64,000 bases of DNA from NCBI GenBank assembly GCA_910578465.1, contig CAJTPW010000003.1, positions 121,973 to 185,972 on the forward strand. Reading direction: 5' to 3'. The DNA is from an uncultured Vampirovibrio sp. (GTDB lineage: Bacteria > Cyanobacteriota > Vampirovibrionia > Gastranaerophilales > Gastranaerophilaceae). The notes under the pieces were generated by a model that made no database searches, had not been told where the DNA came from, and saw only the letters and a program-made list of their open reading frames with translations. The position numbers and the translations under genes were made by a program. Every line of letters begins with the position of its first letter. Within the stretch, counting starts at the first letter, position 1. Positions 9,302 to 18,002 of this stretch are shown here, piece after piece.

Positions 9302-10762
9302 TTAGTTTTCAGGCAGGGTTTCTTTCCAGGCGTTATCAGCAAGCTCCAGAGTTCTGTCTGCGGTAATTTTTCCGTCTTTTGTTTTTGTAACTCCTGTCAT
9401 AAATCTTCTTGGGGCATCGTTTTGATATTCAATTAAGAATTCGGCCGTTGTGCCTTCATCGGATATTTGAATGCCTTTGGAATATTTTTGCGGTTTGCCT
9501 TGAATAAAGTCAATGGTGTGTTTTACGATTTTTGTTCTGTCGTTTTCACTTTCCACCCCTTCTTTATAACGGAATAAACCGTTATTGTTAAAAAATACAA
9601 CACCGCTTCTGCTTTCTGTTTTCTTAGAATAGTCGCTTACATAGTTTTCCTGATATTTTCCCTTTTCAACATTAAGTTTTCTTTTTATTGAATAGAGCGT
9701 AGAATTTTCAAGCCTTACATCTTCTTTCATTTTATAAAGCTTACCCTGCTTATAATCAATTATTCTTTTATATGTTTCAGTGCCGTCTGCAAGGCGTTCA
9801 AACCCTTCTTTGTATGTTATCGGTGCATTGCCTGTGATTTCAAGAATGGCTTCGATTTTTTCGGAATCGGCATGGCGTTGTATATTTTTTTGGAATATAT
9901 TTGCTGTGCCGTTTTCGAATAATAATCTGTGGTCTATCAGCCTTCCCTTACCATCTTGGAGCACCTCAACACCGCTTTCAAAAAGAGTCAATTTTCCCTG
10001 AGAAGTAAGATGGTATATATTTCTTTTGTCCCCGTCAATTAACTCTTCTATAGATTGGAGCGCGCCTGCTTTGTTAAAGCTGCTTGTTCTAAACAGCATT
10101 TGTTTAACGCCTGTGTCGATATATTCTTCCATAATATCAATATTTTCTGAGGCATCCGGGATGAATTTTCTTGTTATCGTTTGGTCTTTAACCACATAGG
10201 GGCTTTTTGGGTCCAAAGCTTTAATTTTTCTAAATTCTTCCACTACATTTCCAACCACATCCTGTGCCTTAAGAGTAAGTTCTCTGGATTCTTTAATAAG
10301 GCCTTTTACTGTTTCGGTTGATTTAATTGCACTGTTTTCAAATTCTCTTGCACGTCTTAACATAGCACTTGCATTCTGTGCAATTTCTTTTGCACTAATG
10401 TCGGCAAGTTTTATTTCTTCGGGTAATGCGGATACTGCGCTTTTGCCTTTAAAAGCCAGTGCTGCTGCAGCTAAAACTGCAGTTGTAATACCGAGGCCTG
10501 CAATTATGAGATTTTTCTTCTTATATTCTTTTCCTGCAATGGTTATAGTATCATTTTTCGGCGACTTTTCAAGGCTTACATTTTGATTATTCTGAGCAGC
10601 CTGTGTTGTTTGAACCGCAGGATTAAATTGTGTTTGAGATGTTTGCACGGGGAGAGATTGAACAGGGGAGGTCTGTGTTTGGGGTGAATTTATATAATAT
10701 CTAGGCTGAAAACCCATATCGGCGAATGTTTTTAGGCCCATAGGGTTAAAGTTTGTTCCCAT
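9302..10762 (-). CDS. hypothetical single-pass membrane protein with Q-rich N-terminus and Y(K/H)EG-type repeats
   Basis: LEKSPKNDTITIAGK box followed by the TM segment LIIAGLGITTAVLAAAALAF. C-terminal repeats (ITYKEGFE, FRYKEGVE, QKYSKGIQ). Paralogue of 23558-24523. Confidence 0.6.
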   Translation of the reverse strand: MGTNFNPMGLKTFADMGFQPRYYINSPQTQTSPVQSLPVQTSQTQFNPAVQTTQAAQNNQNVSLEKSPKNDTITIAGKEYKKKNLIIAGLGITTAVLAAAALAFKGKSAVSALPEEIKLADISAKEIAQNASAMLRRAREFENSAIKSTETVKGLIKESRELTLKAQDVVGNVVEEFRKIKALDPKSPYVVKDQTITRKFIPDASENIDIMEEYIDTGVKQMLFRTSSFNKAGALQSIEELIDGDKRNIYHLTSQGKLTLFESGVEVLQDGKGRLIDHRLLFENGTANIFQKNIQRHADSEKIEAILEITGNAPITYKEGFERLADGTETYKRIIDYKQGKLYKMKEDVRLENSTLYSIKRKLNVEKGKYQENYVSDYSKKTESRSGVVFFNNNGLFRYKEGVESENDRTKIVKHTIDFIQGKPQKYSKGIQISDEGTTAEFLIEYQNDAPRRFMTGVTKTKDGKITADRTLELADNAWKETLPEN

Positions 10763-10860
10763 TTTTAATATTCCTTATGTTTTGCTTAAATTAATTATAT
10801 CAGTAATAAACGCGTGCCGGGTTTTTTTTGTCAGCATGCTTCAAACTTTTGTGCTAAATG

Positions 10861-10888
10861 TTACAAAAGTTAATTTATTTTATATAAT
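10861..10888 (+). promoter_or_regulatory. sigma-70-type promoter candidate
   Basis: TTACAA - 16 nt - TATAAT, about 115 nt upstream of the ATG at 11004. Confidence 0.4.
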
Positions 10889-11003
10889 GTGGTATGATAA
10901 ATTTTAAATGTTAAGCAATTGTAAATTTTTTGCTTTTTTTCTGACAATATTTAAAATTTACAGGGTTTATAAAGGTACAATACTTTTAAAAGGAAGGTAC
11001 AGA

Positions 11004-11417
11004 ATGGGAATTTCATCAGTAAATAACAATCAAATGGCCTTTACGGGAACCGTAAACAAGAATGCGGGCAACGGTGAAGCCAAAAAACCGAGTAAGGCAA
11101 AAATTGCAGCAGGCGCCGCAGTTGTTGCAGGTACTGTTGCACTGGGTGCAGGTCTTGCTTCAGGTAAGGTTAAACCTGCCGATATTCAGGCTTTTATTCA
11201 AAAAGCAGGCGGAAATATTCTTAACGCCGTGAAACATCCTAAAGCAACAATCCAAAAACTTCCAAATAAACTCTGGGGTTTAACCGTAGATACAATTGGA
11301 AATGGAGCTGTTGCTGCATTAAAGGTAAAAAATGCCGTTGTTGATAAGGCCAAACTTGCTTTAGAATATGTCAAAATCATCGGTAGTTCAATCACGGATG
11401 TATTTGGCAAAAAATAG
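11004..11417 (+). CDS. hypothetical small N-terminally anchored membrane protein
   Basis: Start set at the ATG at 11004, preceded by AAAGGAAGG. MGISSVNNNQMAFTG N-terminus, then the Gly/Ala-rich TM IAAGAAVVAGTVALGAGLASG. Confidence 0.5.
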   Translation: MGISSVNNNQMAFTGTVNKNAGNGEAKKPSKAKIAAGAAVVAGTVALGAGLASGKVKPADIQAFIQKAGGNILNAVKHPKATIQKLPNKLWGLTVDTIGNGAVAALKVKNAVVDKAKLALEYVKIIGSSITDVFGKK

Positions 11418-11454
11418 TTGTTTGCTTACTGAAATTCTATAATTTATAAATTTG

Positions 11455-11490
11455 AAATGCCGTAGTGAATTAATCATCTGCGGCATTTTG
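11455..11490 (+). terminator. intrinsic terminator
   Basis: AAATGCCGTAG / CTGCGGCATTT 11-bp stem followed by a T-run. The single U-G wobble is valid only in the plus-strand RNA. Confidence 0.6.
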
Positions 11491-11514
11491 TATGAATTTA
11501 TTTTTAGCCGATTC

Positions 11515-13020
11515 CTAAAGTGTCCCCAGGGCGTCTTTATATAGCGCTATATAACATTTTGCGGAATCATCCCATGTGAATCTACATTTTATTGCGTTTT
11601 CTGCCATTTTGTTAAATTCATCGCGCCTGTCAATATAGGTCCAAACGCCTTTCTTAATTTCATCAACCATACTTTTCGCGTCGTATGTTAAGAATTTAAA
11701 TCCGTTTGCACATTCATTCGGGTATGAAACGATTGTGTCATCAAGACCTCCTACAGCGCGAACTATGGGAAGCGTACCGTATTTTAAGGCTATCATCTGG
11801 CTTATGCCGCAGGGTTCAAAAAGCGAAGGCATTAAAAACATATCAGAGCCTTTGTAAATTGTCTCCGAAAGCTCGGGTTTAAAATCAATCCAGGCACGGA
11901 TGTTTGAAGAATTATTACTGCTCCAGATAAGCATATTCTGGTATCCGCCTTCTCCTGTTCCTAAAAACACAAAGTCTGCGGGCATATTCATTAAATCAAA
12001 CTTTGCAAAGTCGATTAAATCAAGTCCTTTTTGATATGTAAGGCGGGATATCATCGAAATCAAAGGTCTGTCAGGGTTTACGGGAAGCCCGAACATCTTT
12101 TGAACCTCTTCTTTAAATTTCGGTTTTTCTTTTATATCAAAATCTTTTTTATCATAAGTTGTGCCGTTTAAGATACCGCAAAGCTTATAGGTTTGACCGC
12201 GAAGCGTATAGTCCATTCCTTCGCCGAATTCTCCGCCTAAAATTTCTCTTGCATAGCGGGGCGATACGGTTGTAATCTTATCTGTACAATACAATGCGCC
12301 TTTCAGCCAATTTACTCTGCCGTAGTGCTCTACGCAATTATCATGGTATACATTATCCCAGCGCATATTTGAAAAATCTATTATCGCCTTGTCGCAGCTG
12401 CCCTGATAAGCAAGGTTATGGATTGTGAAAACGGATTTTGTATCTTTATAAAATTCATCGTATTTGTAATTTGATTTTAAATAAACGGGAAGCATAGCCG
12501 TATGCCAGTCGTTAGCATGGATTATATCGGCTCTGAAATTTAAAAGCTTTGTATATTCCATAACGGCAAGCGAAAAAGAAACATATCTTTGCATTTCATA
12601 CATTTCATCGCACCATATCGGGTATACGACATTAAAGCAGGAGAAGTATTTGGGATTATCCACAAAGAAAATGTTTACGTTCTTTGATTTCGGGTGTTTG
12701 CAGGTCTTTAATTTAAAAACATGGCGGGAGTTTCCCATATCAAGGGTGAGCTCGGAGTTTGGGAGTTCTTTTATTCCCCATTTTTCCTCGTTAATGCACC
12801 CGTACAACGGTGTAAATACCGCAACTTCAGCCCCTTCTTTTTCAAGAAACGGGGGCAGTTCACCGACAACATCAGCAAGTCCTCCGACTTTTGAAAAAGG
12901 CGCAACCTCGGCGCTTGCAAGAAGCACTTTTAGCTTTTTATCTTTTTTATTTTTTGCTTTATTTTCCGCGTCGATATTTTTCTCAACGTTTTTTTTCGGG
13001 CCCAATTTAAAAGTCAACAT
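11515..13020 (-). CDS. glgA: glycogen (starch) synthase with Lys-rich N-terminal extension
   Basis: SAEVAPFSKVGGLADVVGELP signature. GT5 architecture. Start placed at the ATG at 13020, preceded by GGAGGG (the track uses an upstream TTG). Confidence 0.9.
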   Translation of the reverse strand: MLTFKLGPKKNVEKNIDAENKAKNKKDKKLKVLLASAEVAPFSKVGGLADVVGELPPFLEKEGAEVAVFTPLYGCINEEKWGIKELPNSELTLDMGNSRHVFKLKTCKHPKSKNVNIFFVDNPKYFSCFNVVYPIWCDEMYEMQRYVSFSLAVMEYTKLLNFRADIIHANDWHTAMLPVYLKSNYKYDEFYKDTKSVFTIHNLAYQGSCDKAIIDFSNMRWDNVYHDNCVEHYGRVNWLKGALYCTDKITTVSPRYAREILGGEFGEGMDYTLRGQTYKLCGILNGTTYDKKDFDIKEKPKFKEEVQKMFGLPVNPDRPLISMISRLTYQKGLDLIDFAKFDLMNMPADFVFLGTGEGGYQNMLIWSSNNSSNIRAWIDFKPELSETIYKGSDMFLMPSLFEPCGISQMIALKYGTLPIVRAVGGLDDTIVSYPNECANGFKFLTYDAKSMVDEIKKGVWTYIDRRDEFNKMAENAIKCRFTWDDSAKCYIALYKDALGTL

Positions 13021-13177
13021 ATTCCCTCCGTTTTTGCCGCTTTTAAAATTTAAAATCTTAACGGGCAAAACAAAATTCTATCCTTTGAATTTATTCTAAC
13101 ACCTGCAAATTTTCTTTGGAAGGGTTTATTAAGTACGTTAAGAAACAACTCTTTATGTCTTTATGCTCGCTGTGCAG

Positions 13178-14473
13178 CTATGAGCCTGCAAGGATGATTG
13201 TAAAATCTTTTGCAGCTTTATTTAAGCCTATCGGGTCATAGACCGTCTGTTTATCTTTCATCTCGGGAATTGCTTTTTTAAGTACGCTGATTGTATCTGC
13301 GGGCAAATCAAGGTTATGAATTGCAATATGGTCATGACCAAGTTTGCTTGCGGTCTTCATATTTACATTGAAGCCGTTTTTCTCTAAATCTTCTTTTAAA
13401 TCTTGAGCTTTTGCTTCCTGACTTTCGCTATATAAAATGCCAACCGTTAAGGGCCCGCTCTGTGCTTTCGGTTTATCCCTGTATACAAGGCGGTTTATGA
13501 TTTCCTGTGTTTTTGCGGGATCTAAAATCCAATAGCTGATGCTTCCTCTTTGAGAAGGAGACCCCGGTAAAGTTGCTACCTGAACGGTTGACATATCAAT
13601 CCCTTTTGCAAGGGCAGCATATTGGGAAAGCTCATAAACGGAGAGGTCTGTTAAAATATATTTTGGCATAACCTTTAATACTTCAGGAATTTTAACTAAA
13701 ACCTGCGGGTCTTTAAGTCTTGCGCCGAGTGCATTAAAGAACCACTGCTGGCGTCTGATGCGGCCGATATCTCCAAGAGCATCTTTTCTAAATCTCATAT
13801 ATCCTTCGGCTTCTTTTCCCGTTAGAACCCTCTCGCCTTTCGGTAAATTTATATGAAGCCCTGCGGTAGAGTCGTTATAATACATATCTTTTTCAATATA
13901 TATGGGAAGGCCGCCGATTGTATCGATAAATTTAACAAGCCCTTGATTTGAAATTACAATGTAATGGTTTACTCTGACGCCGAAGGTTTCTTCCACGGTT
14001 TTTACGGTCAAATCAATGCCTCCGTATGCAAAAGCATGGTTTATTTTATCGGGTTTTGTTCTGTCTGCAATAAATACTTTGCTGTCTCTCGGGATTGAAA
14101 TAACGTTTACGTTTTTACCGTGCGGCGCAATGCTGACCAAAAGCATTGCATCAGATCTGCTTCCTTTAAAAGGATCTTCATTTTCGGATACGTCCACACC
14201 CATAACAAGAATATTTTGTCTTTTTGGGGAGAAAGGAAGGGAAAATTCCACCCTCTTTTCAGGGTCTGCAACTTTTTCCGCCAGCTCTCCGACATCTCCT
14301 ATAAAGTTTATAACATCGCTTCTGTATAAAATAACGGCAACGATTGTAAGGATTAAAAGACTGCCAAAGAAGGATCTGAAAAAGCTTCCGGCTAGGCTCT
14401 GGTTTGAAGATTTGCGCCTTACGGGCTTTATTGCGGGCCTGTATGCGTTTTTTGGATCATATAACTGATTCAT
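13178..14473 (-). CDS. LytR-CpsA-Psr (LCP) family cell-envelope transferase
   Basis: N-terminal TM, then an LCP core (GVDVSE...GSRSDAMLLVSI, ISIPRDS, KINHAFAYGG). Confidence 0.8.
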   Translation of the reverse strand: MNQLYDPKNAYRPAIKPVRRKSSNQSLAGSFFRSFFGSLLILTIVAVILYRSDVINFIGDVGELAEKVADPEKRVEFSLPFSPKRQNILVMGVDVSENEDPFKGSRSDAMLLVSIAPHGKNVNVISIPRDSKVFIADRTKPDKINHAFAYGGIDLTVKTVEETFGVRVNHYIVISNQGLVKFIDTIGGLPIYIEKDMYYNDSTAGLHINLPKGERVLTGKEAEGYMRFRKDALGDIGRIRRQQWFFNALGARLKDPQVLVKIPEVLKVMPKYILTDLSVYELSQYAALAKGIDMSTVQVATLPGSPSQRGSISYWILDPAKTQEIINRLVYRDKPKAQSGPLTVGILYSESQEAKAQDLKEDLEKNGFNVNMKTASKLGHDHIAIHNLDLPADTISVLKKAIPEMKDKQTVYDPIGLNKAAKDFTIILAGS

Positions 14474-14600
14474 ATATATTTACTCTTTGAGTTTTTTAAA
14501 CTATAGTTTTTACCAAAAGATTATACTTTAAAAATAATCAGTTGCAAAACAAATTAATTAAATGTTACTATTTTATTGTAACTAAAAGGACTTTAAAGTT

Positions 14601-15218
14601 ATGAAAAATATTTTAAAATTTAAAAAGTTAAATTTTACCTGTGCTCCGCTGTTTATAGCCTTTCTTACAGCTTTTTTTATGACACCATGTGCTTTCGGGG
14701 CTGATGATATAGATGTTAAAACTCAGGCTTATGCGCTCTATAATACAAATAACGGCACGGAAGCTTTAAAGCTTTTAAACAACCTTTCTTCCGATAAAAA
14801 GGATGAAGAGGTATATGTTATTATTGCAAACATTTATCAGGACAGAAAAGATGTTGATAAGGCCGTTGAAAACCTGAATAAGGCCTTGATTTTGAACCCT
14901 GAATATTATAAGGCATATTATAATTTAGGCTGTATTTTCCTTGAAAAAAAAGCTTATGAGCTTGCGGAAAAGAATTTGCTTTTATCAATTAAACATAATA
15001 AAGAATTTGCCTACTCTTATTATAACCTTGGCACCCTGTATTTAAGGACCGGTAACTATGAAAAGGCAAAGAAAAATTTAATCAAAGCAATATATTTAAA
15101 AAATGATGACAAAGATTTTTATTTAAACCTTGCTTATGCCTATAAATTTTTAAACAAAGAAAAAGAATCAAAAAAAATGCTTGAAATTTATAATGGCGCA
15201 ACGAAGGCGGAAAAATAA
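14601..15218 (+). CDS. secreted TPR-repeat protein
   Basis: Signal peptide, then tandem 34-aa TPR-like units (AYYNLGCIFLEKKAYELAEKNL..., SYYNLGTLYLRTGNYEKAKKNL...). Confidence 0.75.
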   Translation: MKNILKFKKLNFTCAPLFIAFLTAFFMTPCAFGADDIDVKTQAYALYNTNNGTEALKLLNNLSSDKKDEEVYVIIANIYQDRKDVDKAVENLNKALILNPEYYKAYYNLGCIFLEKKAYELAEKNLLLSIKHNKEFAYSYYNLGTLYLRTGNYEKAKKNLIKAIYLKNDDKDFYLNLAYAYKFLNKEKESKKMLEIYNGATKAEK

Positions 15219-15243
15219 AAATAAAAACGGGAAGAGAGTAGAT

Positions 15244-16179
15244 ATGTGTCCTTTGGAAGTTAGTGCAGGTGTTAGAAAAGAAGAGCTTTTAAAGCTTTAT
15301 AACGCACCTTTGGATAAGCTTTTAGCCGAAGCTGAAAAATATAATTCAAACACGGTTGAATTTTGTTCTTTAATATCCGCAAGAACCGGAAAATGCTCTG
15401 AATCTTGCAGATATTGTGCACAAAGCTCGCATTATATGACAGATATTTTCACCCATCCTCTGGTTAAAATTGAAGATGTTATAAAAACGGCCAAAGAGGC
15501 CAAAGAAAACGGTGCAACACGTTTTGCAATCGTAACATCAGGCAGGGGCCCGTCAAAGGCTGATATGCCGCTTATGTGTGAGATGATAAAAGAGATAAAC
15601 AAACTTGGGCTGAAAAGCTGTGCTTCACTTGGACTTTTAACGCGCGAAATGGCGCTTCAATTCAAAGAAGCGGGTCTTGTTCGATACCATCACAACATCA
15701 ATACATCAAGAAGTTATCACCCTGAAATCACAACCACGCATACATTTGAAGACAGAGTTCAAACCATAAATTTCATTAAAGAAGCAGGAATTGAAATCTG
15801 TTCGGGTGTTATAATCGGAATGGGCGAAAGTGTTGAGCAGAGGGTTGAAATGGCATTAAATCTTGCCGAAATTCAGCCGAATTCAATCCCTGTAAACTTT
15901 TTGACGCCAATTAAAGGCACGCCTTTTGAAAATTATGGCGATAAAATTGATGAAGAACATATTTTAAGGACGCTTGCCGTAATTAAAATTGCAAACCCGA
16001 ATTCCGTTGTAAGGTTTGCAGGCGGAAGGAAGTTGAGGCTTTCAAAAGAAAACAGGGAAAAAGCGCTTAAATATGCGGTAAACGGGATATTAATCGGAAA
16101 TTATCTTACAACAACAGGAATTGAGCCGAAAGAAGACCTCGAAACGTTGGCAAAACTTGGGAAAAAGCTTTATGTATGA
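15244..16179 (+). CDS. bioB: biotin synthase
   Basis: Radical-SAM CSESCRYCAQ motif and the BioB-type YHHNINTS segment. Start moved to the ATG at 15244. Confidence 0.9.
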   Translation: MCPLEVSAGVRKEELLKLYNAPLDKLLAEAEKYNSNTVEFCSLISARTGKCSESCRYCAQSSHYMTDIFTHPLVKIEDVIKTAKEAKENGATRFAIVTSGRGPSKADMPLMCEMIKEINKLGLKSCASLGLLTREMALQFKEAGLVRYHHNINTSRSYHPEITTTHTFEDRVQTINFIKEAGIEICSGVIIGMGESVEQRVEMALNLAEIQPNSIPVNFLTPIKGTPFENYGDKIDEEHILRTLAVIKIANPNSVVRFAGGRKLRLSKENREKALKYAVNGILIGNYLTTTGIEPKEDLETLAKLGKKLYV

Positions 16180-16813
16180 TTATATTAAAGGGCAGCTTGT
16201 TTTTAAAAATTCAGACACTGCGGTGATTGAAAACAACGGCATCGGATATAAATTTCTTATAAATTCAAGAACGGCCGCTGCCTTGGAGGAGAGTTCCTCT
16301 GAAAATGCCGATACGGAGACTATTCTTTACGTAACGCTTATCCATAAAGAAGATACAATGTACCTTGCAGGATTTAAACACAAAGAAGACAGGGCGATAT
16401 TTGATATTTTAACCTCTGTTTCGGGGATTGGCACAAAGGTTGGGATGGTTTTGCTGGATGAATTTTCAGGCTCCGAGCTTATAAATGCCGTGCTTGATGG
16501 AGATTATAAACTTATTTCCCGCGCAAAAGGCGTCGGGCCAAAGCTTGCACAAAAGATTATACTTGAACTTAAAGGAAAACTTACAAACCGGAATGTTATT
16601 TCAAATATTATGGAAGACAAGGTTTCAGGGCTTTCGAACGCAAAAACAAAGCTTTCAAAAGAAACAATTCAGGAGGTTCAGGGAATTTTACAATCTTTAG
16701 GATACAGCCAGAATGAATATATGGGTGCAATTGAACACTGTGCGGGCATAATTGAAAAAGACAACAGCGAAGAGCTTTTGAAAGAGACATTGAAAATCTT
16801 GTCTGTAGGGTGA
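16172..16813 (+). CDS. ruvA: Holliday junction DNA helicase subunit RuvA
   Basis: MYDYIKGQL N-terminus typical of RuvA and helix-hairpin-helix segments (SVSGIGTKVGMVLL, AKGVGPKLAQKIILEL). Start set at the ATG at 16172. Confidence 0.9.
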   Translation: MYDYIKGQLVFKNSDTAVIENNGIGYKFLINSRTAAALEESSSENADTETILYVTLIHKEDTMYLAGFKHKEDRAIFDILTSVSGIGTKVGMVLLDEFSGSELINAVLDGDYKLISRAKGVGPKLAQKIILELKGKLTNRNVISNIMEDKVSGLSNAKTKLSKETIQEVQGILQSLGYSQNEYMGAIEHCAGIIEKDNSEELLKETLKILSVG

Positions 16814-16905
16814 TTCGCTAACACTTATTTGCTATTATCTGCTATTGCAAGAAAAAACCGCAGGTCAGGTGTTGTCTGACAGTTTCAAACGACAACCAGC
16901 CCGTG

Positions 16906-17096
16906 TAGCCCCTTATATGTTTTTTTATACCGTTAGCATAAGTACATTAGAGATATTTAGCGAATGTATAAATCGAGTATGTTTGAAACCCTGCCTCTTT
17001 TAGCTTAAGGCAGGGTTGAGTTTACGAGCAATAAAAAAATGAGCTTAATAGCTCTTTGTACGTTGCAGGCTCGGTATTAAAAACATATAAGGAGGC
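16906..17096. ncRNA. candidate structured RNA or inverted-repeat element (unclassified)
   Basis: A perfect 14-bp inverted repeat, CCTTATATGTTTTT (16911-16924) / AAAAACATATAAGG (17079-17092), encloses 154 nt. Inside are a 10-bp hairpin (AACCCTGCCT...AGGCAGGGTT, about 16987-17017) and a GAGCT-TAAT-AGCTC hairpin (17041-17054). No plausible ORF. Confidence 0.3.
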
Positions 17097-17180
17097 GAGA
17101 CTGTTGTATTTAAAGAATACTTGATACTGGTGTTCAATTAATAAAATCTTTTCATTGTTCATTAGTTTTAAATAAAGCAA

Positions 17181-17207
17181 CGTCTTGGCGAATAATACGC
17201 CAAGACG
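17181..17207 (-). terminator. strong hairpin, possible minus-strand terminator
   Basis: CGTCTTGGCG-AATAATA-CGCCAAGACG (10 bp). The T-rich tract (TTGCTTTATTT) follows only on the minus strand. Confidence 0.35.
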
Positions 17208-17215
17208 CTTAACTA

Positions 17216-17264
17216 AGAAAGTTAAACCTGCAAGTTTTTTTGTATATGTTGTTTAACTTTCTTT
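17216..17264. repeat. 13-bp perfect inverted repeat (hairpin)
   Basis: AAGAAAGTTAAAC - 23 nt - GTTTAACTTTCTT in non-coding DNA. Confidence 0.6.
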
Positions 17265-17410
17265 AAGTCAAAAAGGGTGAATTTTTTTTAAAACCATTCC
17301 ATTTTAAATATATCATAAATTAAGATTTTTTTCAATATATCGATATTAAATTTGACAAGTCAATTTTTATATAAATTGAATTATCTTATTTTATACTGAA
17401 TAATCTTATT

Positions 17411-17770
17411 GTGAATAAGAAGTTAAAATTGTTATATGAAAGTACCGAACTAAACCCTGATGAGCCTGTTTTTTCAATCGGGGAAGCTGTTGAAATCATA
17501 AAAGCGGGCAGCGGTAAAACGATAAGAGATTATGACACTAACGGTATAACGTCTTTTAGGAAAAATTCCAGAGGAGACAGGATTTTTAGCCGAAATGATA
17601 TTGTCTATTTGAAAAACCTCAGAAATTTGGGAAATTTCGGATTTAAGCTAAAAGCACTAAAATTTCTTTCAGGATTTTTAAAATCAAGAAAAATCAATCC
17701 TGTTGAATTTATTAATGAATTTTCAGCATACTGTACAAGCAGACAATATAAAGATAATAGTAAAAAGTAA
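17411..17770 (+). CDS. MerR-family HTH transcriptional regulator (small)
   Basis: FSIGEAVEII...TIRDYDTNGI...RGDRIFSRNDIVYLKNL follows the MerR HTH-wing pattern. GTG start. The direct repeat AAT(T/A)ATCTTATT occurs twice just upstream (17378-17411). Confidence 0.6.
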   Translation: MNKKLKLLYESTELNPDEPVFSIGEAVEIIKAGSGKTIRDYDTNGITSFRKNSRGDRIFSRNDIVYLKNLRNLGNFGFKLKALKFLSGFLKSRKINPVEFINEFSAYCTSRQYKDNSKK

Positions 17771-17804
17771 AAAACTCAGGTGAGCAAATAACTAACGAAC
17801 TAAA

Positions 17805-18002
17805 TTAATTATTTGACATTAATTTTTTAATAAGGCTTTGTCTGTTTAAATCATCCCGCATAAAAGGAAAAGCCTTTTTAAACATTTCATCCAAAATGGC
17901 CTCATTTAAATTCATTTGATATTCGAATTTATTTCTCGATTTTGCAATTTGAACAGCAGTTGCAAACATGTTTAATAGTTCTAAAGCATCTTTATCTGTC
18001 AT
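17805..18002 (-). CDS. hypothetical 65-aa helical protein, candidate cognate partner (antitoxin?) of the upstream P-loop protein
   Basis: Its ATG lies inside the last codons of 17992-18603 (11-nt overlap). No recognised family. Confidence 0.4.
   Translation of the reverse strand: MTDKDALELLNMFATAVQIAKSRNKFEYQMNLNEAILDEMFKKAFPFMRDDLNRQSLIKKLMSNN

Noticed and set aside
12650-13099. Long antisense ORFs in the six-frame track. Examples: 27-512(-), 4901-5284(+), 12650-13099(+), 14016-14468(+), 40881-41207(+), 52618-53043(-), 53653-54000(+), 62119-62463(+).
   Set aside because: All lie opposite well-supported genes, have low-complexity or Ser/Phe/Leu-rich translations typical of shadow frames in AT-rich DNA, and lack RBSs.
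16858-16912. CAGGTCAGGTGTTGTCTGACAG... superficially resembles the AGGUCAGGU segment of bacterial SRP (4.5S) RNA.
   Set aside because: The conserved GGAA/AGCA symmetric-loop motifs and the long closing helix of SRP RNA are absent. Only a 5-6 bp local hairpin can be drawn.
16814-17410. Retron-like msr/msd. Inverted repeats flanking a structured non-coding segment resemble the a1/a2 repeats of retrons.
   Set aside because: No reverse transcriptase ORF follows. The next gene is a 119-aa MerR-like protein, and no RT motifs occur in any frame nearby.
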